A stretch of DNA of 64,000 bases from Octopus sinensis. Taxonomy: Eukaryota. The position numbers and the translations under genes are program-made. Positions 25,281 through 36,500 of this stretch are shown one piece after another; position 1 is the stretch's first letter; every line of letters starts with the position of its first letter. Below the pieces are notes generated by a model. That model saw nothing but the letters and a program-made list of their open reading frames with translations. It did not search any database and was not told the origin of the DNA. The stretch is from contig NC_043002.1 in NCBI RefSeq assembly GCF_006345805.1, positions 93,000,001 through 93,064,000 of the forward strand, in the 5' to 3' direction.

Positions 25281-27922
25281 AATAATGTTATTTTTTTAAA
25301 CAAGTTTAAGAATAACAACAAAACATTCACTGATGTGGGTGGCTCCATTTTGTGAATAGATTCTAATTTAATGTGAAGTCCCAGTCAACTTGATCTCCAC
25401 ATATGTATACATGTCTACTTTAGCAGCAGTCTGCCCTTGAGCAGGTCCTGTGCATGTGAACCTTCTCCAGCATTCTCTGAACACCTTGGGAGAGTATGTA
25501 CCTTCCCCTGCCACTGTTAAAACTACTGGAATAACAACTATCTATGACTAGACTTGGGATGAATGCAGGGGTAGTTTCCTATAATCTTCTCAAGGTAGAT
25601 GGCATTTGAACTCAAAATGTAGAGAGCCAGAAGATATACCATAAAGCAATTCTGCTGACATACCAACAATTCTGCCACTCTCCCACCTATGTGTGTGTGT
25701 GGTGTGTGTGTGTGTGTGTGTGAAAGAGAGAGATTCCCATTCTTAGGAGTAAATAGGACTATATTATCTAATATGGCCTCATCAATTTAAGATAACAGAG
25801 AGTTTTTCTGGGGGAGATTTGGCTGACATTTCCAGCTAGTTGATCAACTTCTATAAATGAAAAGGGCACCCCATAATTGAATTGAAATATTACCATTTAT
25901 AAGGGACCCATGTCCTTGGTACACAACAAGAAGATGGAATCTTCAAAAGTGCTCGAAATGTTTGTTATAAAATTCCTGTCCACCTGATATGACAGGTGTT
26001 AGACATTTAGTTATGTAATGTATTTAAATAAGATGTTATTTCTAAATCAGCAGCATAATTACAAATAGAATCCAAGATTAGATTTCATCATTTCCTCCTT
26101 ATTAATTAATCCCCATGCCTCTTACATTTCTTTCCACTTGTCTCAGTAGTAAAAGGTCAAGAGAGTGAAAAAAAAATTACAAGCTCTATAATTAGGTTTT
26201 CATTGAAACACCTCACTCCCAAGGCCACATGCCTGAATACATACACTGTAAAATACACATAAGTACACACACACACACACAAACACACACATTTACATGT
26301 ATTTATACCGTTTAACTAAAGACTTTTAAAATCAAGACAAAAAAAAGCACCCACAGTGAAGCTTCTGTCTAGTCTTTTGAAGTCATTAGTCAGAAAGCAT
26401 ATATTTAAAGATATTAAAAACTGCACTGATTCTTACAACAGAATCATTGCTAGTTTTTGAACTACAGACAATGAATAAATTTACTACTTCTGAATATTCC
26501 CTCTTATTTGTTTCTAACAGATATCTAGAGATCTACAGATGACTGAATAGTAGATAAGTTAATGACTAAGAACTACACAGCCAAAGGTTCATACAATATT
26601 TATAGCCAAGACATTTAAATCTCGCCGGGCCAGTTCATCTACATACCTATTCAAATAAATATGACATGGTACATACACCTTATCCATGAAAGCAGTGGGA
26701 ACACTGTACAATTAACAAGCAGTTCATTAGCTTGCAATTTCTGTGGATCTTAAACAAGTTACTGGAAACTATTCCATTACTATGCCACAGAGCAAAGTTT
26801 CTGCTCCTTTCAGGAAGCCTTAATACAAAGTCTGGGCCCTGGTCCTGATTACAGAATGTCTCTTTTCCTCTCTCTTTTCCAACAGAGGTAGCCATGTATC
26901 TCCTCTACACCAAAACATCTGTTCCTCTGTCATACTTTAACCTCTCAACAACTGACACAAAACCACCTCCCTTAATGCTTCACTCCACTTCAGTTGAGGG
27001 TTCTTGTCTTATCAGTTACTTACTGAATGCACTGTGCCAATGCCATGTAAAAAGTAGTCAGTTACACTCTGTAAAGTGGTTGGCATTAGGAAGGACATTC
27101 AGCCATAGAAACCATGCCAAAACAGACACTAGAGTTTGGCACAGTCCCCTGGCTCACCAGCTCCTGTCAAACCATCCAACCCATGCCAGCATGGAAAATT
27201 ACACATTGAATGATGAAGATGATAATGACGATGATTGTAGCACAATGAGATCTCAAATATAAGGTGCCCTCTAAATCAGTAATATATCTTATCCTCTTAT
27301 TGTTATTTCTTCACCCTGCAATCTAATGCTACTCACCCATTTTGACTGTCATCAAATTTCTTTAGTATTATATTTCTTACAGTATGCAAGAGTAAAAATA
27401 GCAATATGATGGTTTGATTATAAAATACAGAAAAACAGATTTGTCATCTTTGGTTCCTGAAAGTCAGCTAAAAATAAATGACAAAGAAACTGCAGACAAA
27501 CACAACTGCGCTTCAGAAAAAAAACAAAAAAACAAAAAAAAAAAAAACTCAACCATCTAATGTCAGAAGTAATGAACTTAACATTTCTTCCTTCCTATTC
27601 TAATTATAATCAGGTGTGCTATATACTTGTGGAGCTAATTAGCAGTGATGGTAACAATAGCAACAACAACTATAGTATTCTTGAAGGAAAGACAGTAGTG
27701 GTTGGTGATGTCAAACAGTACTATTAACCGTTTTAGATGTATTTTACATGAATCACTCGTAGGCCCATAACAAGAGTTTTGTAAATGTCGAACACACACA
27801 CACACACATGCATACATACACACACACAGAGATACACATACATATATATATCTGCAGAATCATGTAGGGTATCGTGTACAAGTTGGGCAAATCCAAGAAA
27901 GCTCAACTAAATTATCTCTGTT

Positions 27923-27953
<31 letters not shown>

Positions 27954-29163
27954 GTGTGTGCATGTGTGTTTCCATACTCTTTTACTCTTTTACTTGTTTC
28001 AGTCATTTGACTGCGGCCATGCTGGAGCACTGCTTTTAGTCGAGTAAAATCGACTCCAGGACTTATTCTTTCTAAGCCCAGTACTTATTCTATCAATCTC
28101 TTTTGCCGAACCGCTAAGTTACGGGGACGTAAACACACTAGCATCGGTTGTCAAGCGATGTTGGGGGGGACAAACACAGACACACCAACATGTACACCAC
28201 ATACATACATACATATATACGACGGGCTTCATTCAGTTTCCATCTACCAAATCCACTCACAAGGCTTTGGTCGGCCCGAGGCTATAGTAGAAGACATCTG
28301 CCCAAGATGCCACGCAGTGGGACTGAACCCGGAACCATGTGGTTGGTAAGCAAGCTACTTACCATACAGCCACTCCTACGCCTATATATATATATTTCTT
28401 TTTTTTGCGTGTGTTTTGCTTAGAAGCAATGCATATGGAACCAGAATTTTCAACTCGAGTCACATATAACAAACCACTCCAAATCTTTGTTAGAGTGTCT
28501 GCGGAAGTCAAGTCTAGACCAGCTGGATTGTACTGAAATCAAGTCGTATAAGTTGTAATAAGGAAGTCAATGAAATAATGATATTCTGAAAGAATTTAAT
28601 ACATGCATTTTTGCATAATATATAATAGGAAATACATCCCTTACACAAGACCTTCCTCAGTTAACACATTTCAAAATATTTTTGGAAATGTACTAACTGA
28701 ATAAGGTCTTATGTAAGGGATGCACTTTGTATTATATATTAAGTAGATCTAAAATATACATATTATATACTTTACAAATATTTGGTTTGACTTCATTATA
28801 TATGTATGCGTGTGTATATATATATATATAATATATATATATATATACATACGCACATGTATGTATGTATGTACATTAGAGTTTATTTCAACTTACAATA
28901 ACAATAATTTTGTATTAAACAGAAGGATAAGTCAATACTATTTGTAAAGAAGACATTTATTTTATATTAATAGAGGTGATGACGGTGACTTCGAAGTTCC
29001 AACCTGATAATTTTCATTGGGCTATCCACCTTTGAGGTGATAGTCACCATGCATCTTGTAAAAATTTTATATATATATATATTATAATAATAATATGAGG
29101 GAATATTATTCCAAACTTACAGGGAAAAATTCAATTTAGAAATACTAAATTAAATTTCACAAA

Positions 29164-29202
<39 letters not shown>

Positions 29203-30133
29203 TATATAATATATAAATTAGAAAAAAAACCACCTTTTATCAATTCAAGAATGAAAAATTTAAATTATACCATACGTAAAAAGCACCATCCAATCGTGGC
29301 CATTGCCAGCCTTGTCTGGCACGTAAAAAGCACCCACTACACTCATGGAGTGGTTGGCGTTAGGAAGGGCATCCAGGCGTAGAAACATTGCCAGATCAGA
29401 CTGGGCCTAGTGCAGCCTTCTGGCTTTCCAGACCCCAGTTGAACCGTCCAACCCATGCTAGCATGGAAAGCAGACGCTAAACGATGATGATGATGATTAG
29501 AAAAATTACATTTTATAGAAAGATTAAATATAAGATAAAACATAACAATGATTAAGTAATGTGCAAAATAATAAATAAAATGTATATATTTTGTAGAATA
29601 ACGACACGTGTTTCGTGGCTATATTTAAGAAATGATAATAGTAATAATAATAGTAAAATCATATATATATATATATATATACCGGAGTAAACACATAAAT
29701 GTGAAACAAGGTGGAAAAAAGAGTACTCAAATACCAGTGGTAGAGTAATATGCTTTATTTAAAGCAGCAGAAAATTCAACAAAACTGTTACTCTGAGTTT
29801 CCCGTTTCCGTTCGTCGGATTCTAGCAAAAACTGTCCGACGAACGGAAACGGGAAACTCAGAGTAACAGGTTTTGTTGAATTTTCTGCTGCTTTAAATAA
29901 AGTATATATATATATATATATTGTTATCGCCATATTAATATGGCATTCTTATAGATATAAGAATAATCGCTGCCATGGTCAGCTCCATGAGGCCACCGCC
30001 ATCAAGATAGCTATTGATACACGATCTGTATCCATTATAACCTTCGAACAAGGGAGGTCAGCCGCTTCACACTGCCAGTCCGACAGCTACCGTAATCTCT
30101 TTTATAGAGACTTAGTAATTTTAATATTTCTAT

Positions 30134-30164
<31 letters not shown>

Positions 30165-31780
30165 TTACACCACATATACATACATCTACATATGTGCATA
30201 CATATGTAAGAACAATAAAACATGAGGATGGAGTGTGTCAGCCTTTAATAGTAGATCACAGCATTTGTTTCTACACCACACACCAGCTTGAAGTTGCTGA
30301 GGTGACGTTCATATACCATTATAGAAGATCGTTCTTTATAATTACTGTATAGTTGAATATTTTTCAACAACAGCTGTGTGTGGGCGCTTCGTCAAGAGGA
30401 ATACTGTAGGAGAACATGTGGCAGCAAAATAATAACATAAGAGCTCTTAAACACATGTTATGAGGTTTTTTACTAGAATTATAATGAATGTATGTGTACA
30501 TATATATACACACACACACGTGTGTTTATATATATATATATATAAATGTATACAGGTATATGTACATATATATGTACGTGTACACACACACACAGACACA
30601 CACACATCTGGTTGAGCTTATCTGTCGAGTGGATAAGAAGTTTGCTTCACAACCACACTGTTCAGACTTCAAGCTTCAATCCTGCAGCATCTTACCCTGA
30701 GCAATTGTCTTCTACTATTAGTCTAGCACTATAACAGATAACCTAATTTGCATACATGCATTTTTAACAGCTTATTATTAATTACAATATAGCTATTTAT
30801 ACACAACGCAGCTAGAATCACTAGAAGCCATCATCCAGCCATATAAACTTTGCCAAAACAGATAGTGAAGCCTGGTGCAGTCTTCTGCCCAACCAGCCCA
30901 TCAAAACTGTCCAACCCATGCCAGCATGGAAAACAGATGTTAAATGATGATAATGATGATGATGATGATTAGAAAGCCTCACTGTGGTGAAATAGGAATA
31001 TGTAAGAATGTAAACACCGTCTTTCTATGCTTTTGATGTGTGCACTCACAAGCATGAGTGAACCCAAGGCTATTATAGAAGACCCTTACCAAAGGTGCCA
31101 CACTGTGAGATCAAACTTGAAACTAAACGGTTATGAAACTAACTTCTTAACCACGCAGCTGTTTCAGGTTCAGTCCCACAGCATGGCATCTTGAGCAAGT
31201 GTTTTTTTTTTGTTTTACAATAAGCCATGTCCAAACAAAACCTTGTGAGCAAATTTGCTAGATGAAAACTGGAAGGAACCTATTGTGTGTATATTACTGT
31301 CTTCTTGCCTTGCCATCACATGATAGCTGTAAGCAAGTGTCACCATCATGCAAACAGTCCTCCATTTTAAGTCTTCCATAAAATATGTCTTTGTCATGGA
31401 GAAATATAACCCAATTTGAAAATAGGTGAGGCTATCCACATTTAGAAAATCCATCTCAACAAAAGCAAGATGATATATATATATATATATATATATATGT
31501 GAATAAATAAATGGAGTTTAACGCATGTATAAATCAAATATTTTTACTTTCGAAACATGTGTTGAAAGTAAAAATATTTGATTTATACATGCGTTAAACT
31601 CCATTTATTTATTCATATATCATACAAAAAATTCCACGTAAACACGAAGTTTCTACCTTTATAAACAAGGAGTTACAACCTCTTTACTTGTGAGATTTTT
31701 TGCTACCCTGGTAACTATTTATTTATTTTTTCCGTGTTAATTGTTAACAAGGTAAAAATACACTCATCTATTTATATATA

Positions 31781-31819
<39 letters not shown>

Positions 31820-33501
31820 TAAATATAAGAGAGTAACCACTATGTGGTCGACTCTAGCACTAAAAATAGATCCGCAAGGTTTCAGCCACAAAGAATTGTT
31901 TCCGATGAAAGTTAGCACGACTACTAGCGCAAACGAACAGGGCAAATAAAAATAACAAATATGCAGATTAGTTCAGGACAATTGTTTCGCTATTAATAAA
32001 TTATGTAATTTTACTCACATAACATATCTGTAGCTCTTCAGTCATGAGTAAAATTACATAATTTATTAATAGCAAAACAATTGTCCTGAACTAATCTGCA
32101 TTTTTGTTATTTTTATTTGCCCTGTTCGTTTACGCTAGTAGTCGTGCTAACTTTCATCGGAAACAATTCTTTGTGGCTGAAACCTAGCGGATCTACTTTT
32201 AGTGCTAGAGTCGACCACATAGTGGTTACTCTCTTATATTTATGTATAAAATTTATCGAAATCCAGGTTTTTTATGCACTAAGCCACTTGGTGTTAAATG
32301 GATGTACTATTAAATTAGTATCCAATTTTCTCACCCTTATTAGTTGATTATATATATATAGGTATATACTAGCTGGTGTACCTGGTAATTCCTGGGGGTA
32401 AAGATGTTCTATTGAAACACCTTATTACTCTGATATATGAAAGCAATTTCGTTACAACTGCCACAATAGGTGTATTTTCCATCAAGAAAAAGTACAAAAT
32501 ACTGTCAGCTGGAGGAGAAAGAGATTGTTGGAGGTTGGCAAGAGAAGTTTTCAGAGGTTGGCGAGAGGTAAAGACATTATTCTGCTTAGCAAAGACATCT
32601 GGGAAATGTATAACTGCTGTCATTCACAGAAAAACTATTGTTTTACCGTGAGAAAAGCACTGTTGAAATGTTAAGTGAAATTTGGCAATCGAGGATTGAA
32701 TCCACACTATGCCAGCATGAAACCACTACAAATACATTGTGGAATAAAAAATTTATCTACTGTCATGGAAAAAGTGTAACTGTAAAAATGCAGAATTATC
32801 GGAGTAATGGGCATTCAAAAAAGTATGAATGTATAGAAATGTATGAATGAAGTCTTTAAGGTTTAAGATTCAAATTAAAGAAGTACGATAATAATGTTTA
32901 GCAGTTCAAAACTGTGAGTAGTGAAATGCAGAATTAGTTCAGCTGATCGTTAGAATCAAATATTGATCACTTCGCTGAAATCTGCAAGTGGTATGGGTTA
33001 TTTCCCTTGGGTTGTTTAAATAAAATATTAGTAATATGTAGTAGATAGAAGGATCCATTGGAAGGGCCCTATTATCGATTTTTTTTTTCAACAATCTAAG
33101 TATGCATGAGGTTTCCAGACATGAGTTCTACTCACGTGTCAAATAAAGTATAAAAGTGATATTGTCTGAAAAATTAGAAATAGGACACACCAAAAATCAA
33201 TATTCAAAGTAATTGAACATAAACAATGAAATGTGTTATTTCCCTTGAGTATTTAAAAAAATATTGTACAGGTGCTATGGGTTATTTACCTTGGGTGTTT
33301 AAAAAAATTAGTTATATGAAGTAGATATAAAGGTCCCTTCCAGGAGTTGTATTATCAATTTTTTTCAACAATCTAAGTATGTTACGCGATTTCCAGATAT
33401 GAGTTCTACTCGCGTGTCAAGTTTCATCAAAATCAATAAAACAATGTAGGAGGAGTTAGCTAACAACTCCACAAACACACACCATTTTTCCACATATGTA
33501 G

Positions 33502-33533
<32 letters not shown>

Positions 33534-36500
33534 CACACACACACACATAATCATTTTACCATCTCTTTTCCATGCTTGCATGAGTTGGACAAAGTTTATT
33601 GCGACAGATTTTCTCAGGGTGGATGCCCCTGTCACCTATCCTCGCTTGTTTCCAGGCAAGACGTTTCCTCGTGACCAGACATGTTTTTGCAGAGTACTGG
33701 AAATGAATGACATTGTTTGTATGATGATGACACTCATTTACAACTACCACATGATGTCAACACACACACACACACACACACGTATTTGTTGAGGCAGTGC
33801 ATGCATGTCTGTGTATGTGTGTATGTCTCTCTCTCTCTCTCCTTGTCTTGACAACCTATGTGTTGTAATTGAATGTCACTCATTTCTAATATTACTTGAA
33901 GACATGTCTAGGCATGAAGAAATATTACCTTACTTGGAAACAGTGTTGGTGTGGAGGCACATGGCCTAGTGGTTAGAGCAGCGGACTTGCGGTCGAGGGA
34001 TCGCGGGTTCGAATCTCAGACCGGGCGATGTGTGTGTTTATGAGCGAAACATCTAAGCTCCACGCGGCTCCAGCAGAAGGTAATGGTGAGACTTCTGCTG
34101 ACTCTTTCGCCACAACTTTCTCTCACTCTTTCCTCCTGCTTCTTGCAGCTCACCTGTGACGGACCGGCGTCCTGTCCAGGTGGGGAACCTATACGCCAAG
34201 AAACCGGGAAACCGGCTCTATGAGCCAGGCATGGCTTGAGAAGGAACAAACAAACAAACAAAAAACAGTGTTGGTGACAGAAAGGGCATCCAACCAAACA
34301 AACATCTGCCTCGATAAATTCTGTCTGATCAATGCAAGCATAGAAAAGTGTATATTAAAATAAGGATGATCGTGATACACACACAAAGACATATCCAGGC
34401 CATAAAGGGGGAGGTGTCTGTCCATGTGAAAGGACAGGAGATGGCTGTCTTTGTGAAGGACAGGAGATTGATTCTCCACACGGGCTCTTGTAAGTGATCT
34501 GCACATCCAATCAAGGGTTTCAAATAAATAGTTAAAGCAAAAGTTTTACACAGGAAAAAAGACAGGTTTCCATCTGGAAATTACCAATACAATATGCAGA
34601 AAGGGAATACGTAAGAACTTTGTACATGGCACCAAATATAAACCATTGCACAAAACATGCAATGAGATCACAGACAAGATGAAAGAGAAGGAAGATTTCA
34701 TATATAAAAGAAAAGAATGTGGGCTTGAACTTGGAATTCCTTTATTTCCCAACTCCTCACCTCCCATTGGCCTTGTACCTTTTGGGTGTTTAACCCTTTT
34801 ATTACTGTATTTATTTTGATATGCTCTGTGTTTCTTTCAATTACTTTAAATATAGCAAAGAATTTAGTAAAATAACTTAGGAACATAAATTGTGACTAAG
34901 GTTTGGTGGAAGATTTTAATTCCAAACTTATGAAAACAAGACATTTGTACTCAGAGCTAGGACCGGTTTCAGCCAGGTTGGTAACGAAAGGGTTAAATAA
35001 GGTAACTTGTCTGTTTGAGGAAGTGTCTGGTCTTGATTATGCATGCTGCACTTATGAAGTGCATCTAAGGATTGCATTTGCAGTGACATCATTTATTACA
35101 GAATACTAAAACAAATGTAACAGATGAAATAAAGGAATAACAAATGCAAACCCATGTTCTTTTTTTCTATTTTTTTAACTTTTACTTGTTTCAGTTATTA
35201 GACTGTGGCCATGCTGGGACACTGCCTAGAATTTTTAGTCAAATGAATCAATCCCAGTACTTATTTTTTCTTAAACCAGGTATTTATTCTATCAGTCTCT
35301 TTTGCCAAACCACTAAGTTACAGGAACATAAGCAAATGAACACTGGTTGTCAAGCGGTGGTGGGAGACAAACACAGACACAAAAATACACACACACACAT
35401 ATACTTCTTTCAGTTTCCGCCTACCAAATCCACACACAAGGTTTTGTTCAATTTGAGGTTATAGTAGAAGACACTTGCACAAGGTGCCATGCTGCAGGAC
35501 TGAACACAGAATTATGTGGTTGGGAAGCGAACTTCTTTCCACACAGCCATGCCTGAACCTATAATTGACGCATTCAGTAACAGACCGTCGTAAGCGCCAC
35601 AACTTAAAAAAAGAGAAAAACACAAAGTTTTGCAACTTTCAGAATGCAATATCTCAGCAAGGAATGAAGTTAGGAAGCTGGTTTTGGTCTTAAAATGACT
35701 GTGAAGACCTGCTCTAATCATCCACCTATGTAAAATCATTTATTTATGTATGCATCTGAGAGATGAAACAATGACTGCATCTTTCTCATTTTGTAGTATA
35801 TACCAGTACTACAAAATGGTGTATTGCATAGCATATTTCAGCCATAATATTTAGAAAAAACATACAGAGACCACCCACCAAACATATTGCTTGCATTTTA
35901 ATATAACAAGGTAAGTATCTTTAAGAGGTAACGTAAGAAAAAATAGTAAGATAATAGCCCATTATCGTTATGATGATAACAAGGAATATTAGAAAATGAG
36001 CCATAACACCTTGAAAAATGATACAGGGACTACACCAAAGTTATTGATTGAGCACCGATGCTTACAATGGTGTGTTACTAAACTCTCTGGTCTGAGTTTG
36101 GGTGAGCAAGCAATGTCAATAGCATCGAGGTACAATTTTTTCAGCCGGAATTTTTCCACCTGGATTTTCAACCTTTTCGGATTCTAGACATCAAGACAAA
36201 GAAAATGATATAATAACCTCAAAAATGGCCAGGGTGGAACTTACGACACTCTGTTACTAAATGCCTCAATTGCACTTATTATTTATGTGATCGTTATATT
36301 ACATTATGGCCCTTTTCAGACTGTGCATGAAACCCTGTGAGAGCATATAATGTTAGTGGTTTAATGTGATTATCAATAAGAGCCAGAACCTGAACAGGAA
36401 AAATTGTTGTGCACTTAGCACATCCACTTCTATACATATTATATATACATATTAGATGCACAGAAAGAGTTAGTAGTAGGAGAACCAACGAAAAACTCTT

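Noticed and set aside
33952-34025. tRNA genes at SINE heads (also S1 and S3 heads)
   Set aside because: A/B boxes are present, but each continues into a shared SINE body and tail; no clean cloverleaf.
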